From: Candidatus Babelota bacterium | GTDB taxonomy: Bacteria > Babelota > Babeliae > Babelales > Vermiphilaceae | Assembly (NCBI GenBank): GCA_049325595.1 | Contig: JBMOLF010000010.1 | Coordinates: 220,113-284,112 of the forward strand | DNA length: 64,000 bases | Reading direction: 5' to 3' | In this document: positions 1 to 11,478 of the stretch, in pieces | Position numbering within the stretch: the stretch's first letter is position 1 | Layout: every line of letters starts with the position of its first letter | Translations under genes and position numbers: made by a program | Notes under the pieces: model-generated | What the model saw: the letters and a program-made list of their open reading frames with translations, nothing else | The model's database searches: none | Told to the model about the DNA's origin: nothing

Positions 1-317
1 GGTTTTTGGTTAAATGACTGAGGATCAGTGGCATGGGCTTCTTCTTGTTTTCCCTGACCTAGTTCAGCTGATCCAGCTATTTCAACATAGCCGCCCAAAG
101 GGATTGCGGATAAAGCAAATTCAGTTTCTCCAATTTTTTTCTTTATAAGTCTTGGACCAAAACCAATGGAAAATGAAGGAGTACGTATATTAAATAATTT
201 ACAAAATAAAAAATGACCTAATTCATGAAATCCAATCAGAAATCCAATGCCAAGAATTCCAGCTAAGCTAAAAAAAAGTTTTTGCATTAGTAATATAACA
301 GCGCGCGCTAAAATCAT
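1..317 (-). CDS. rseP: RIP metalloprotease RseP (M50 family), 5' part; continues beyond window start
   Basis: Manual translation from ATG at 317: [55 protein letters not shown]...[14 protein letters not shown]; HExxH, FSIGFGP and IPLGGYV motifs; AGGAG RBS. Not in ORF track. Confidence 0.9.
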   Translation of the reverse strand, partial: MILARAVILLMQKLFFSLAGILGIGFLIGFHELGHFLFCKLFNIRTPSFSIGFGPRLIKKKIGETEFALSAIPLGGYVEIAGSAELGQGKQEEAHATDPQSFNQK

Positions 318-511
318 TTGTTAACTCCTGTAATTTAATTAGTAACAGTAAATTGCTGTTATTAATAATATGTTACAACTCTCATTCAGAAAAAGTATTT
401 TATAATTATTCATTTACAACGAATTATTTTAAAAATTCTAAAAGTAATGAAAAAAATATAAACTAATTGTTACACATAGTGTTTCTGCACTTTCCATTTT
501 GCTAATTATTC

Positions 512-539
512 TTGAAAAAATTATCAAAAAGGGTAAAAT
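512..539 (+). promoter_or_regulatory. Putative sigma70 promoter of the str/S10 superoperon
   Basis: TTGAAA-16 nt-TAAAAT about 100 nt upstream of rpsL; the region is AT-rich so chance matches are possible. Confidence 0.4.
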
Positions 540-640
540 ACATTTACCTTTGTTTGCTTGATTTGGGGGTTAAGCAAAAAAATTGGGAATTTTTGCTAAC
601 ACATTATATCACCCTTTAAATTTAATAGGAACGTTAAAGT

Positions 641-1021
641 ATGCCCACAATAAATCAACTTTGTCGGTTGGGAAGAAAGAGCGTAAAAAGCAAGTCAAAA
701 AGCGCAGCGCTAAAAGGCCAACCGCAAGCTCGTGGCGTTTGTACTCGTGTTTTTACAACAACGCCAAAAAAACCAAACTCAGCATTACGTAAGGTTGCTC
801 GTGTTAAGTTGTCTACTGGAATAGAAATTACCGCTTATATACCAGGTGAAGGCCACAATCTTCAAGAACACTCTGTTGTGCTTGTTCGTGGTGGTCGCGT
901 TCCAGATCTTCCAGGTGTAAAATATCATATTGTTCGCGGAACATTGGATTCTGCCGGCGTAGAAAAGCGTAGACAAGCGCGCTCCTTGTATGGTGCTAAG
1001 CGTCCAAAGGAAAGGGGTTAA
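641..1021 (+). CDS. rpsL: 30S ribosomal protein S12
   Basis: [33 protein letters not shown] motifs. Confidence 0.99.
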   Translation: MPTINQLCRLGRKSVKSKSKSAALKGQPQARGVCTRVFTTTPKKPNSALRKVARVKLSTGIEITAYIPGEGHNLQEHSVVLVRGGRVPDLPGVKYHIVRGTLDSAGVEKRRQARSLYGAKRPKERG

Positions 1022-1024
1022 TAT

Positions 1025-1513
1025 ATGCCTAGACGTAAAAAAGAAGGTGTCAGCTTTAAGCGTGATGTCGGTGTAGATACTCGTTATGGCTCTCCTGTAA
1101 TACAAAAATTAATAAATGTAGTTATGTGGCGCGGCAAAAAAAATGCAGCCCGCACCATAGTTTATGATGCTATTGATGTTCTTATTAAAAAGTCAAATGG
1201 CGACAAAAATAAGGCATTAGAGTTATTTTTCAGAGCTCTTGATCAATTAGTTCCGCATGTTGAGGTTCGTCCTCGCCGTGTTGGTGGTAGTGTTTATCAA
1301 ATTCCAATGGAAGTAAACCCTGATCGTGCGCGTGCATTAGCTATGCGTTGGTTAATAGGTGCAGCTAAAGAGCGTTCAGATAAGACTATGGGAATTCGCC
1401 TTGCGCATGAATTGCTTGATGCTGTTGAGGGGCGTGGTGGCGCAGTTAAGAAAAAAATTGATGTACATAGAATGGCAGAAGCAAACAGAGCGTTTTCTCA
1501 CTATGCCTGGTAG
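1025..1513 (+). CDS. rpsG: 30S ribosomal protein S7
   Basis: RRVGGSVYQIP and HRMAEANRAFSHY motifs; position after rpsL. Confidence 0.99.
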   Translation: MPRRKKEGVSFKRDVGVDTRYGSPVIQKLINVVMWRGKKNAARTIVYDAIDVLIKKSNGDKNKALELFFRALDQLVPHVEVRPRRVGGSVYQIPMEVNPDRARALAMRWLIGAAKERSDKTMGIRLAHELLDAVEGRGGAVKKKIDVHRMAEANRAFSHYAW

Positions 1514-1528
1514 TAATTAAGGAACACT

Positions 1529-3592
1529 ATGAGTAATCGGCTAGAAAAATATAGAAATATAGGTATTGCAGCACACATTGATGCTGGTAAAACGACTGTT
1601 TCCGAGCGTATTCTTTTTTATACGGGTATCTCGCATAAGATTGGTGAAGTGCACGAAGGTGCTGCTACCATGGACTGGATGGAGCAAGAGCGTGAGCGTG
1701 GTATTACCATCACTTCCGCGGCTACAACTTGCGAGTGGAAGGGGCATCACATAAATTTAATTGACACCCCGGGACACGTCGACTTTACTATTGAAGTAGG
1801 TCGTTCTTTGCGTGTGCTTGACGGTATGGTGGCTGTTTTTAGTGGTGTTGATGGTGTTCAGCCTCAATCTGAAACGGTATGGAGACAAGCAAATAGATAT
1901 CGTGTTCCTCGTATAATTTTTGTAAATAAGCTTGATCGTATTGGGGCTGATTTTCTCAAGGTTGTTGACGATATTAATACCAAGTTGGGCGCAAATGCTG
2001 TTGCTATGCAATTGCAAGTTGGTATGTCAGAAGATTTTTATGGAATAATTGATCTTCTCTCGCGTAAAATGGCTACTTTTGATGGGGAAATGGGATCTAT
2101 TGTTAAATGGTCTGATGTTCCAGCAGAATTTGCCGATCGCGTTGAAGAACTGCGTACCAAAATAGTAGAAGCGGCTTGTGATGTTGATGACAAGTTGGCT
2201 GAAAAATTCTTAAATGAAGAAGAAATTGCTGTAGAAGAAATTAAAAAAGCTCTTCGCAAGGCAGTGATTGAACGTAAGGTAGTTCCAGCATTTTGTGGAA
2301 CCGCTTTTAAAAACAAGGGTGTTCAATTAATGCTTGATGGGGTAATAGACTTTCTTCCATCTCCACTTGATGTTCCGCCTGTTGCTGGTATAGACCCAGA
2401 TACAAAGCTTGAGATAGAAAGACCTGCTGATGTAAATGGGCCATTTGCTGCATTAGTCTTCAAAATTATGACAGATCCTTTTGTTGGAGTGTTAAATTTT
2501 ATCCGTGTTTATTCAGGAGAATTGAAGGCCGGCTCTTATGTTTATAATATGCGTACACGTAGCAAAGAGCGAATTAGTCGTCTTGTAAGAATGCACGCAA
2601 ATCAACGAGAAGAAATTGGTTCGATACAAGCGGGTGATATTGCGGCAATTGTAGGCGCAAAAGACTCCATTACTGGAGATACTCTTGCTGCAGAAAATAG
2701 CCCTATATTGCTTGAATCTATTGACATTCCAGCACCAGTAATTTCAGCTTCAATAGAGCCAAAAAATAAAGCTGATTATGAAAAGATGACATTAACATTG
2801 AAAAAGTTAATGCAAGAAGATCCTTCATTTAGATTTTCTTATAATGAAGAAACTGGCCAAACTATTATCGAAGGTATGGGTGAGCTTCATCTTGAAATTA
2901 AAGTTGATTTATTAAAACGAGATCACAAGATAGATGTAGTCCAAGGTAAGTTGCAAGTTGCTTACAAAGAAACTGTACAAAAGCCAGTTGAGGCGGAAGG
3001 TAAATTTATTAGACAGTCTGGTGGTAGAGGTCAATACGGACACGTATGGCTTAAATTAGAACCGCTAGAAAGAGGTAAAGGCTTTGAGTTTGTAAATGCA
3101 ATAGTTGGTGGTACTATCCCACGTGAATATATTCCAGCTGTTGAAAAAGGTTTGCAAGAAGCAATTCAAACCGGTATCTTAGGTGGGTATCCTGTTGTTG
3201 ATATTAAAGCAACATTATATGATGGTTCATACCATGATGTTGACTCATCTGAAATGGCCTTTAAGGTTGCTGCATCTATGGCGTTCAAAGCTGCTATGGC
3301 TAAAGCTTCTCCTGTTTTACTAGAGCCTATTATGAAGGTTGAGGTTGAGACCCCTGAAGAATACATGGGTGATGTGATGGGTGCTCTTAATTCAAAACGT
3401 GGTAGAATACTTGGAATGGAAGCTAAAGGAACGGGACAAGTTATTGCTGCTGAGGTTCCATTGGCTGAAATGTTTGGTTATGCTACTGAACTTCGCTCAA
3501 TGACCAAGGGTCGTGCAAGTTATTCGATGGATTTTGAATGCTATCGCGAAGTTCCTAAAAATGTGCAAGAAGCTGTTGTAGAAAAAAAATAA
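1529..3592 (+). CDS. fusA: Elongation factor G
   Basis: [42 protein letters not shown]. Confidence 0.99.
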   Translation: MSNRLEKYRNIGIAAHIDAGKTTVSERILFYTGISHKIGEVHEGAATMDWMEQERERGITITSAATTCEWKGHHINLIDTPGHVDFTIEVGRSLRVLDGMVAVFSGVDGVQPQSETVWRQANRYRVPRIIFVNKLDRIGADFLKVVDDINTKLGANAVAMQLQVGMSEDFYGIIDLLSRKMATFDGEMGSIVKWSDVPAEFADRVEELRTKIVEAACDVDDKLAEKFLNEEEIAVEEIKKALRKAVIERKVVPAFCGTAFKNKGVQLMLDGVIDFLPSPLDVPPVAGIDPDTKLEIERPADVNGPFAALVFKIMTDPFVGVLNFIRVYSGELKAGSYVYNMRTRSKERISRLVRMHANQREEIGSIQAGDIAAIVGAKDSITGDTLAAENSPILLESIDIPAPVISASIEPKNKADYEKMTLTLKKLMQEDPSFRFSYNEETGQTIIEGMGELHLEIKVDLLKRDHKIDVVQGKLQVAYKETVQKPVEAEGKFIRQSGGRGQYGHVWLKLEPLERGKGFEFVNAIVGGTIPREYIPAVEKGLQEAIQTGILGGYPVVDIKATLYDGSYHDVDSSEMAFKVAASMAFKAAMAKASPVLLEPIMKVEVETPEEYMGDVMGALNSKRGRILGMEAKGTGQVIAAEVPLAEMFGYATELRSMTKGRASYSMDFECYREVPKNVQEAVVEKK

Positions 3593-3626
3593 ATATATAT
3601 TTAATTAGTCTTTAGGAGATCACACA

Positions 3627-4817
3627 ATGTCAAGAGACGTTTTTGTGCGAAAAAAGCCCCATTTGAACGTAGGTACAATTGGGCACGTTGACCATGGTAA
3701 GACTACCTTAACTGCGGCAATTACTAAATATCTTTCTGAAAAAGGTTTAGCAAACTTCAGAGCATTTGATCAAATTGATAATGCTCCAGAAGAAAGAGAA
3801 CGTGGTATTACCATTGCGATCTCACACGTTGAATATGAAACTGACAAACGTCACTATGCGCACGTAGATTGTCCTGGTCACGCTGACTATGTAAAAAATA
3901 TGATTACTGGTGCGGCACAAATGGACGGCGCAATTCTTGTGGTTTCTGCTGCAGACGGTGCTATGCCTCAAACTCGTGAGCACATTGTTTTAGCTAAAAA
4001 CGTAAACGTTCCAGCTCTTGTTGTTTTCCTCAACAAGGTTGATATGGTAGATGATCCTGAAATGGTTGACATTGTTGAAGAAGAAATTAGAGATCTTCTA
4101 AACAAATATGATTTCCCTGGCGATAAAATTCCTTTTATAAGAGGATCTGCTCTTAAAGCATTAAATGGTGATAAGGGTGAGCTAGGTTATGGCGCTATGG
4201 AAAAATTAACCGATGCGCTTGACAACTATATTCCAGAGCCAACTCGTGAAATCGATAAGCCGTTCTTGATGCCTATTGAATCTGTATTTACTATTGAAGG
4301 TCGTGGAACTGTTGCGACTGGTAGAATAGAAAGCGGTATTGTAAAAGTTGGTGAAGCAGTTGACCTTGTTGGTTTTGGTAAAAACATGAAAACTACCGTT
4401 ACTGGTGTTGAAATGTTTAGAAAAACTCTTAATGAAGGTCAAGCGGGAGATAACGTTGGTCTTCTCTTGCGTGGTGTTAAGAAAGAAGAAATTGAGCGTG
4501 GTATGGTTATTGCAAAACCAGGCACAATTACTCCTCACAAAAAGTTCAAATGTAAAGTTTATATCTTAACCAAAGATGAAGGTGGTCGTCATAGCCCATT
4601 CTTTAATGGATATAAACCGCAATTCTACTTCAGAACCACCGACGTTACCGGTGTTTGCACCTTGCCAGAAGGTCGCGAGATGGTTATGCCAGGCGATAAC
4701 GTTGAATTATCTGTTGAACTTATCGCGCCTATTGCAATGGACAAAGACTTACGTTTTGCTATCCGTGAAGGTGGTAGAACGGTTGGTTCCGGTGTTGTGA
4801 CACAAATTATTGAGTAA
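3627..4817 (+). CDS. tuf: Elongation factor Tu
   Basis: [44 protein letters not shown]. Confidence 0.99.
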   Translation: MSRDVFVRKKPHLNVGTIGHVDHGKTTLTAAITKYLSEKGLANFRAFDQIDNAPEERERGITIAISHVEYETDKRHYAHVDCPGHADYVKNMITGAAQMDGAILVVSAADGAMPQTREHIVLAKNVNVPALVVFLNKVDMVDDPEMVDIVEEEIRDLLNKYDFPGDKIPFIRGSALKALNGDKGELGYGAMEKLTDALDNYIPEPTREIDKPFLMPIESVFTIEGRGTVATGRIESGIVKVGEAVDLVGFGKNMKTTVTGVEMFRKTLNEGQAGDNVGLLLRGVKKEEIERGMVIAKPGTITPHKKFKCKVYILTKDEGGRHSPFFNGYKPQFYFRTTDVTGVCTLPEGREMVMPGDNVELSVELIAPIAMDKDLRFAIREGGRTVGSGVVTQIIE

Positions 4818-4830
4818 CTTTAGGTGATCA

Positions 4831-5136
4831 ATGAAAAAGCAAAAAATAAGACTTACCTTAAAGTCGTATGATCATCAATTGCTTGATAAGGCGGTAAAAC
4901 AAATCGTCTCGACAGTTAAAAGAACAGGATCCCAATTAATGGGACCTGTTCCTTTGCCTAATAAACGTCGATGCTTTACGGTTTTAAGATCGCCTCATAT
5001 AGACAAAAAGTCTCGTGAGCAATTTGAATTGACTACGCATAGAAGAATTTTAGATATTGTTTCTCCGTCTGATCAAACAATGGATGCGCTTATGAAATTA
5101 AATATTTCCTCTGGCGTTGATGTAGAGATCAAGTAA
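4831..5136 (+). CDS. rpsJ: 30S ribosomal protein S10
   Basis: [20 protein letters not shown]. Confidence 0.99.
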   Translation: MKKQKIRLTLKSYDHQLLDKAVKQIVSTVKRTGSQLMGPVPLPNKRRCFTVLRSPHIDKKSREQFELTTHRRILDIVSPSDQTMDALMKLNISSGVDVEIK

Positions 5137-5153
5137 GACAGAAAGGTCATTCA

Positions 5154-5771
5154 GTGAGTACAAAATTTTGGGGAAAAAAAATTGGAATGACCCAAGTTTT
5201 TTTAGGCGATAAAGTTGTACCAGTTACAGCAGTTGATCTTTCAGCATGGGTAGTTACGCAAATTAAAACTAAAGAGCGTGATGGCTATGAGGCTGTTCAG
5301 GTTGGATGCTTGAGAGAGCGTTTTAAAAACGACTCTTTTAAAGAAGACTGGGTAAAAAAGCCAAAAAAATATTTTAGTCATTTAAAAGAGATGTCAGTAG
5401 AGAGCCAATTTGATTCCATACAAATTGGACAATTAGTAAATTTTACTCAATTAATTGAAACTGGCACAAAGGTTAATGTTGTTGGTACGACAAAAGGTGG
5501 CGGCTTTGCCGGCGTTGTGAAAAGACATGGATTTGCAGGTGGACGAGCAAGTCACGGATCCAAAATGGGTAATAAGCCAGGATCTTCAGGCTTTTTCAGA
5601 CGGCAAGGTAGAATCATTAAAGGTAAAAAATTCCCTGGACACATGGGTATGCTTACCAAAATGATGAAAGGCCTCGAAGTTATAAAGGTAGAACCTGATA
5701 ATAATATCGTACTTGTTAAAGGTTCTGTTCCAGGAAAAACTGGTTCGCTTTTATGCATTAAAAAAGCGTAG
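5154..5771 (+). CDS. rplC: 50S ribosomal protein L3
   Basis: GKKIGMTQVF, DGYEAVQVG, KGKKFPGHMG, LVKGSVPG; GTG start. Confidence 0.98.
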   Translation: MSTKFWGKKIGMTQVFLGDKVVPVTAVDLSAWVVTQIKTKERDGYEAVQVGCLRERFKNDSFKEDWVKKPKKYFSHLKEMSVESQFDSIQIGQLVNFTQLIETGTKVNVVGTTKGGGFAGVVKRHGFAGGRASHGSKMGNKPGSSGFFRRQGRIIKGKKFPGHMGMLTKMMKGLEVIKVEPDNNIVLVKGSVPGKTGSLLCIKKA

Positions 5772-5778
5772 GTAAATC

Positions 5779-6444
5779 ATGATAAAGAAAAAAGAAACTG
5801 CTAAAACTAAAGAACAAACAACTGCTTCGGAAATTTTTGCAGTTATTCAGCCAAATGATTTAGAGGTGGCTGAAGCACTAAGAGAAATTTCTCCTAAAGC
5901 ATTTTCTACATATGTTCGCGTACTTAATCAAAATTGGCGTCAAGGTACTGTTGCTTGCAAAGATCGTTCAGAGGTTAATTTCTCAAATAAAAAACCTTGG
6001 AAGCAAAAAGGTACTGGTCGCGCACGTGCAGGATCTCCAAGATCTCCTTTGTGGAGAAAGGGTGGTGTTGTTTTTGGCCCTCAAGAGCGAACCAGAACGT
6101 TAAAAATAAATAAAGACATCAGAAAAGGTGCATTGGTCTCTTTATTGCAAGAGCGCTTAAATCATGGCAAAATCGGCTGTCTAAATTGGGCTTTGGAAAC
6201 TGAGCAACCGAAAACAGCTGTTGCATATTCAGCATTAAAAAATGCAGGTTTAAATGATAAAAATATAACACTCTTTTTATCTGCCAATGATTTTTTAAAT
6301 TATGCCTCATTTATAAACATTCCTAATGTTAGCATTCTCTTCTTTGATCAACCGAATGCTGTAGACCTTGCAGTTAACAGTCAATGGGTGTTCTTAAAGA
6401 AAGATATGGATCAATTTAAAGAAATGGTTTCACGATGGCTTTAA
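5779..6444 (+). CDS. rplD: 50S ribosomal protein L4
   Basis: KKPWKQKGTGRARAGS, SPLWRKGGVVFGP. Confidence 0.98.
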   Translation: MIKKKETAKTKEQTTASEIFAVIQPNDLEVAEALREISPKAFSTYVRVLNQNWRQGTVACKDRSEVNFSNKKPWKQKGTGRARAGSPRSPLWRKGGVVFGPQERTRTLKINKDIRKGALVSLLQERLNHGKIGCLNWALETEQPKTAVAYSALKNAGLNDKNITLFLSANDFLNYASFINIPNVSILFFDQPNAVDLAVNSQWVFLKKDMDQFKEMVSRWL

Positions 6445-6773
6445 GTATTTATGATATTATCGTTGGTCCGGTTATTTCAGATAAAGCTTATAAATTAAAT
6501 AAGTTAAATAATAAGCTTGTTCTAAAAGTCCATCCTCATGCAAATAAGCCTGCTGTAAAAGAAGCTTTGGAAAAACTATTCAATGTTAAAGTTGAAAAAA
6601 TTGGTATAGTTGTTCGCAAGGGTAAAAATAAGATGTTACGCAGAGGACAAATTACAACCGGTAAATTAAGAAAAATCGCATTCATTACCTTGAAAGAGGG
6701 TTACTCGCTTGACTTATTTAGTCAAGGTGGCAATCCAACCGTATCAGGTGAAGTTGCGCAAGAGCAAGTTTAA
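6435..6773 (+). CDS. rplW: 50S ribosomal protein L23
   Basis: PVISDKA, ANKPAVKEALEKLFNVKV; operon position. Confidence 0.97.
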   Translation: MALSIYDIIVGPVISDKAYKLNKLNNKLVLKVHPHANKPAVKEALEKLFNVKVEKIGIVVRKGKNKMLRRGQITTGKLRKIAFITLKEGYSLDLFSQGGNPTVSGEVAQEQV

Positions 6774-6797
6774 TTAATAGGAATTTAAAGGTAATCC

Positions 6798-7613
6798 ATG
6801 GCAATTGTAACCAGAAGACCTCGTAATTCATCACTGCGTTTTCAATCTTATCTGAATACCGGTGACATAACCAAGACTAAACCTGAAAAAAGTCTTGTCT
6901 ATGGTTTGAAGAAAAAAGGTGGAAGAAACTCATACGGAAGAATTACAGTACGTCATCGTGGCGGTGGCGCTGTTCAAAAATACCGAATTATTGATTTTAA
7001 GCGCTCAGAAAGAGATGTTGTTGGCAAAATAGTTGCTATTGAATATGACCCTAATAGAAACGTTCGTATTGGGTTAGTGCATTATATCAATGGTGCAAAG
7101 AAATATGTTTTAATGCCAGAAGGTCTTTCTGTGGGAAGTACTATTTTGGCTGGTGAAAGTGCTGAAGCTCGCACTGGCAATTGTCTTCCTCTTAGATTAA
7201 TACCTGTTGGTTTTATGATTCATAATATTGAAATTATTCCTGGATCGGGCGGTAAAATCGCACGTAGCGCTGGAACTTCAGTTCAGCTAATGGCTAAGTC
7301 TGATGAATATGCCACATTAAAAATGCCATCCGGTGAAATTCGCATGGTTCCTCTTAATTGCTGGGCAACCATAGGTGTTCTTGGTAATGCAGATTATCAA
7401 AACATTAATTGGGGTAAAGCGGGGCGCACTCGTTATAGAGGTATTCGTCCTACCGTGCGTGGTATGGCTATGAACCCAGTAGATCACCCACATGGTGGTG
7501 GTGAAGGTCGTTCCAAATCTGGTTCTCACCCTGTTTCTCCGTGGGGCAAAGGTTGCAAAGGAACTAAGACTAGAACTCGTAAGAGTGATTTAATTATTAA
7601 ACGTCGTAAGTAG
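6798..7613 (+). CDS. rplB: 50S ribosomal protein L2
   Basis: EYDPNR, RGMAMNPVDHPHGGGEG. Confidence 0.99.
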   Translation: MAIVTRRPRNSSLRFQSYLNTGDITKTKPEKSLVYGLKKKGGRNSYGRITVRHRGGGAVQKYRIIDFKRSERDVVGKIVAIEYDPNRNVRIGLVHYINGAKKYVLMPEGLSVGSTILAGESAEARTGNCLPLRLIPVGFMIHNIEIIPGSGGKIARSAGTSVQLMAKSDEYATLKMPSGEIRMVPLNCWATIGVLGNADYQNINWGKAGRTRYRGIRPTVRGMAMNPVDHPHGGGEGRSKSGSHPVSPWGKGCKGTKTRTRKSDLIIKRRK

Positions 7614-7626
7614 GATAAGGTAAACG

Positions 7627-7908
7627 ATGGCAAGATCTATTAAAAAAGGTCCATATGTTGAACCTTCATTGTTAAGCAAAATTCAAAAAGCTAAGTCTTC
7701 AGGAAAAAAAGAGGCAATCAAAACTTGGTCTCGTCGTAGCATGATTGTTCCTGAATTTGTAGGACTTACCATTGCTGTTCATAATGGCAAAAAATTTATC
7801 CCAGTTTTCATAACTGAAAATATGGTTGGCCATTATTTAGGTGAATTTGCACCAACAAGAACGTTTAGAGCCCATAGTGGACAACGACAATCAGGGGCTG
7901 GCGAATAA
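7627..7908 (+). CDS. rpsS: 30S ribosomal protein S19
   Basis: [27 protein letters not shown]. Confidence 0.99.
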   Translation: MARSIKKGPYVEPSLLSKIQKAKSSGKKEAIKTWSRRSMIVPEFVGLTIAVHNGKKFIPVFITENMVGHYLGEFAPTRTFRAHSGQRQSGAGE

Positions 7909-7999
7909 CAAAACCAGTTGCTCATTGTCAATAAATTAGTTAAATTATAGTAATATAAACAAATTAAGCTAAACAGCTATATAATTTTTGAGGTTAAAG

Positions 8000-8347
8000 A
8001 TGCAGTTTGTTGCCAAGGCTCGCTATCTTCGATTCTCTCCGTATAAATTAAGACCTATAGTTGATGTTATACGAGGGAAAAATGTTGCGTACGCCTTACA
8101 TTGGCTCGCTACATATCCGGTAAAAAGGGCTATTCCAATTACTAAAATTATTGAATCAGCCGCCGCAAATGCTAAAAATTTGCAAGGATTAAATGCAGAA
8201 GGTCTTATAATTAAAGACATTCGTGTTGACCAAGGACCAATTGTTCGCTATTTCAAACCAGGAGCAATGGGGCGTGCAAATATTCAAAGAAAACGCTTTA
8301 GTCATATGAGTGTTATTGTTGAGCCTATTACTAGGAAAGAGGATTAG
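8000..8347 (+). CDS. rplV: 50S ribosomal protein L22
   Basis: SPYKLR, SAAANA, VDQGP; ATG at 8000 with GAGG RBS preferred over TTG at 7988. Confidence 0.97.
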   Translation: MQFVAKARYLRFSPYKLRPIVDVIRGKNVAYALHWLATYPVKRAIPITKIIESAAANAKNLQGLNAEGLIIKDIRVDQGPIVRYFKPGAMGRANIQRKRFSHMSVIVEPITRKED

Positions 8348-8348
8348 C

Positions 8349-8981
8349 GTGGGACAAAAGGTTCATCCGAAAGGATTTAGACTCGGAGTTTATTTAGGAT
8401 GGGATTCTCGTTGGTTTGCTCGAGATTCTTATGGTAAAGAACTTTTAGAGGATTTAGCAATAAGACGTTACCTTAACTCAGCTCTTGATGAAGCTGAAGT
8501 TTCAAAAATTGAAATTGAAAAAGCTGGCGAAAGCGTGCGAATTGTTATTCATTCTGCTCGTCCAGGCATGGTTATTGGTAAAAAAGGCCAAGAAATTGAA
8601 GTTCTTAGAAACCAATTAACTACGCACCTAAAAAAGAAAAACGTAGACATTTCAGTTCAAGAAGTAAAAAATCCTGAGCTTGATGCAACGATAGTTGCTA
8701 AAACTATAGCAGATCAATTAGTTAAACGCGTAAGTTTCAAAAAAGCAATGAAGCGTGCAGCTATTTCTGCTATGAAGTCAGGTGCTAAAGGGGTTAGAAT
8801 TTCTTGCTCTGGTCGTTTAGGTGGTGCGGAAATCGCGCGTGAAGAAGAAACATTTATAGGTTCAGTTCCATTGCATACCTTAAGAGCTGATGTTGATTAT
8901 GGCGTTGCTGAAGCAAAAACAACATTTGGAATTATTGGTATCAAAGTGTGGATCTATAAAGGTGAATTTCAGCATACGTGA
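8349..8981 (+). CDS. rpsC: 30S ribosomal protein S3
   Basis: GTG start then GQKVHPKGFRLG; SGRLGGAEIAR, PLHTLRADVDY. Confidence 0.98.
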   Translation: MGQKVHPKGFRLGVYLGWDSRWFARDSYGKELLEDLAIRRYLNSALDEAEVSKIEIEKAGESVRIVIHSARPGMVIGKKGQEIEVLRNQLTTHLKKKNVDISVQEVKNPELDATIVAKTIADQLVKRVSFKKAMKRAAISAMKSGAKGVRISCSGRLGGAEIAREEETFIGSVPLHTLRADVDYGVAEAKTTFGIIGIKVWIYKGEFQHT

Positions 8982-9005
8982 TAATTAGCTTGAAAGAATA
9001 CAATC

Positions 9006-9437
9006 ATGTTAATGCCAAAAAAAACAAAATATAGAAAATTACAAAAAGGTACCATGAAGGGCCGCTCAAAAGGAGCTCGAGAAGTTGCTTTTGGTGAGTA
9101 TGGCTTAGAAGCATTGGAACCTAAATGGCTTACTGCGCAGCAGATTGAATCGATGCGTATAACCATTTCTCGTAAGTTGAAAAAAGTGGGAAGATTATTT
9201 TTAAGAGTGTTTCCCGATAAACCTGTTACCAAAAAACCAGCTGAAACACGTATGGGTAAAGGTAAAGGTAACCCTGAGTTGTGGGTGTCAGTTGTTAAGC
9301 GCGGACGAATCATTTGTGAAATAAGCGGATTGTCTGAATTGGAAGCACGTGAAGCGTTGCAAGCAGCTGCTTATAAATTGCCGTTGCGTACAAAGTTTGT
9401 AAAAAAAGATGCTCAGCAGCAAGTATCTGTTGAATAA
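9006..9437 (+). CDS. rplP: 50S ribosomal protein L16
   Basis: [20 protein letters not shown]. Confidence 0.99.
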   Translation: MLMPKKTKYRKLQKGTMKGRSKGAREVAFGEYGLEALEPKWLTAQQIESMRITISRKLKKVGRLFLRVFPDKPVTKKPAETRMGKGKGNPELWVSVVKRGRIICEISGLSELEAREALQAAAYKLPLRTKFVKKDAQQQVSVE

Positions 9438-9458
9438 TAGTGAAATGGCGAAGTTATC

Positions 9459-9668
9459 ATGAAAATAAGCAAAATAAAAGAAGAATTTGCTCAAATGTCT
9501 GTTGAGCAATTAGCAGAAAAGCTTGAGAATTTGCGAAGAGAACTTTTTAGTTTGCGCCTAAATGCATCTACCGCTCATATCAAGGATTATTCACAATTCA
9601 AAAAAATGCGTCGCAATATTGCTCGCACTTTGACTGCTATTGGTCAAAGAATAAACCAGAATAATTAA
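9459..9668 (+). CDS. rpmC: 50S ribosomal protein L29
   Basis: LRRELFSLR, RRNIARTLT; operon position. Confidence 0.96.
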   Translation: MKISKIKEEFAQMSVEQLAEKLENLRRELFSLRLNASTAHIKDYSQFKKMRRNIARTLTAIGQRINQNN

Positions 9669-9691
9669 TTTGGATGACGAAAAGGTGTTCA

Positions 9692-9976
9692 ATGGCTACA
9701 GAACAAACAAATAAAAAAACCAAAGTAGGTGTTGTTGTATCAGACAAGATGGATAAAACTATCGTTGTTGAAATTGAACGTGTATATAGACACCCAGAAT
9801 TCAAGCGAATTCTTAAAACAAAAAAGAAATATAAAGTTCATGATGAGCAGGATCTTGCTAAAGTAGGCGATGTTGTTGAAATCTACGAAGGTCGTCCTGT
9901 TTCTAAAACAAAATATATGTATTTGATGCGCGTAGTTAAACCATCTGCATCGGTTACTAGAAGCAGTGGAGAATAA
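9692..9976 (+). CDS. rpsQ: 30S ribosomal protein S17
   Basis: [28 protein letters not shown]; start at 9692 after AAGG RBS. Confidence 0.98.
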   Translation: MATEQTNKKTKVGVVVSDKMDKTIVVEIERVYRHPEFKRILKTKKKYKVHDEQDLAKVGDVVEIYEGRPVSKTKYMYLMRVVKPSASVTRSSGE

Positions 9977-9978
9977 CA

Positions 9979-10344
9979 ATGGTTCAAAAACAAACAAGAT
10001 TAAAAGTTGCTGACAATTCCGGTGCAAAAGAATTAATGGTTATTGAAATCATTGGGTCTACCAGAAAAAGATTTGCCTATTTGGGCGAAGAAGTAACGTG
10101 CTCAGTAAAAGAAGCAATTCCTGGCGGAGTTGTAAAAAAGAAGCAAGTGGTAAGAGCCGTTTTGGTGAGAACAGCTAAAGAATTTAAGCGAGAAGATGGA
10201 AGTTATATACGTTTTGACGATAATGCTGCCGTTATCATTAAGGATGGCGAACCAGTAGGAACGCGTATATTTGGTCCTGTAGCTCGTGAAGTAAGGGCTA
10301 AAGGTTTTTCAAAAATCATTTCATTAGCGCCTGAAGTGTTATAG
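9979..10344 (+). CDS. rplN: 50S ribosomal protein L14
   Basis: [34 protein letters not shown]. Confidence 0.99.
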   Translation: MVQKQTRLKVADNSGAKELMVIEIIGSTRKRFAYLGEEVTCSVKEAIPGGVVKKKQVVRAVLVRTAKEFKREDGSYIRFDDNAAVIIKDGEPVGTRIFGPVAREVRAKGFSKIISLAPEVL

Positions 10345-10353
10345 AGGATTTTT

Positions 10354-10668
10354 ATGATATCGCGTATTAAGAAAAATGACACAGTAGTTGTGTTAACTGG
10401 TAAAGACAAGGGCAAGACTGGAACTGTCTTAGAATTTTTGCCTACTGAAAATCAAGTCCTTGTCAAAGGCATAGGGTTGATGACTCGTCATATAAAAGCT
10501 CGCAAGCAAGGTGAAGTTTCAGGAATTAAAAAAACGGAATCCTATCTTGATGCATCAAAAGTAATGCCTCTTTGTGCTCATTGCAAAAAACCATGCCGCG
10601 TTAAAAGCAAGCTTCTTGAAAATGGACAAAAAGCGCGCATATGCACTCGTTGTAATGATGCGTTTTAA
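10354..10668 (+). CDS. rplX: 50S ribosomal protein L24
   Basis: [21 protein letters not shown] motif; C-terminal CxxC...CxxC. Confidence 0.97.
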   Translation: MISRIKKNDTVVVLTGKDKGKTGTVLEFLPTENQVLVKGIGLMTRHIKARKQGEVSGIKKTESYLDASKVMPLCAHCKKPCRVKSKLLENGQKARICTRCNDAF

Positions 10669-10695
10669 TAACCACAGGGTTTAAGGATTATACAC

Positions 10696-11244
10696 ATGGC
10701 AAAAGCTCGTCTTGAAGATATATATATAAATGAGATTCGTCCACAATTAAAGAACAAGCTGGGGTTGTCCAATATAATGGAAATACCTAAGATTGAAAAG
10801 ATTGTGTTAAACGTTGGTGTAGGCAAAGATGCAGTAGCAGATACTAAAGTTTTTGATTCTGTTATTAAAGCATTGACACAAATTGCAGGACAATCTCCTG
10901 TTAAAACAACAGCTCGTAAGTCTATTGCAGGATTCAAGCTTCGTAAAGGCATGCCTCTTGGTGTTCGTGTTACTTTACGTAAACAAAGAATGTATGAGTT
11001 TCTTGATAGATTGATTAATTTAGCACTACCAAAAGTGCGTGATTTCCAAGGTGTCCCAACCAAATTTGATGGTCGTGGAAATTATAATCTTGGTATAAAA
11101 GAATGGATCATTTTCCCTGAGATTTCTTATGAGATTTCAGATAAGGTTTATGGTCTTAACGTAACAATATGCACAAGTGCAAAATCAGATGAGCATGGTT
11201 TGGAATTGTTAAAAAGTTTTGGCATGCCATTTCGTCGTGCATAA
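10696..11244 (+). CDS. rplE: 50S ribosomal protein L5
   Basis: [32 protein letters not shown]. Confidence 0.99.
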   Translation: MAKARLEDIYINEIRPQLKNKLGLSNIMEIPKIEKIVLNVGVGKDAVADTKVFDSVIKALTQIAGQSPVKTTARKSIAGFKLRKGMPLGVRVTLRKQRMYEFLDRLINLALPKVRDFQGVPTKFDGRGNYNLGIKEWIIFPEISYEISDKVYGLNVTICTSAKSDEHGLELLKSFGMPFRRA

Positions 11245-11270
11245 CGAATTTAAGAATTAAGGAAATCAGA

Positions 11271-11456
11271 ATGGCCAGAAAGGCGTTAATAGAAAAATCA
11301 AATAGAACACCTAAGTTTCCAGTAAGAGCAAAAAATCGCTGCAAACTATGCGGTAGACCACGTGGTTACTTAAGAATTTTCATGATGTGTCGACTATGTT
11401 TTAGAAAATTAGCTCTCCAGGGAATGCTTCCTGGTGTCAAAAAAACAAGTTGGTAA
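11271..11456 (+). CDS. rpsN: 30S ribosomal protein S14, zinc-binding short (type Z) form
   Basis: 61 aa, [10 protein letters not shown] and CRLCFR, ends PGVKKTSW. Confidence 0.98.
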   Translation: MARKALIEKSNRTPKFPVRAKNRCKLCGRPRGYLRIFMMCRLCFRKLALQGMLPGVKKTSW

Positions 11457-11478
11457 TTTTGGGACTGGAAGGATTTAC

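Noticed and set aside
343..361. Small inverted repeat taacagta-aat-tgctgtta upstream of rseP
   Set aside because: Short, AT-rich and imperfect; function unsupported
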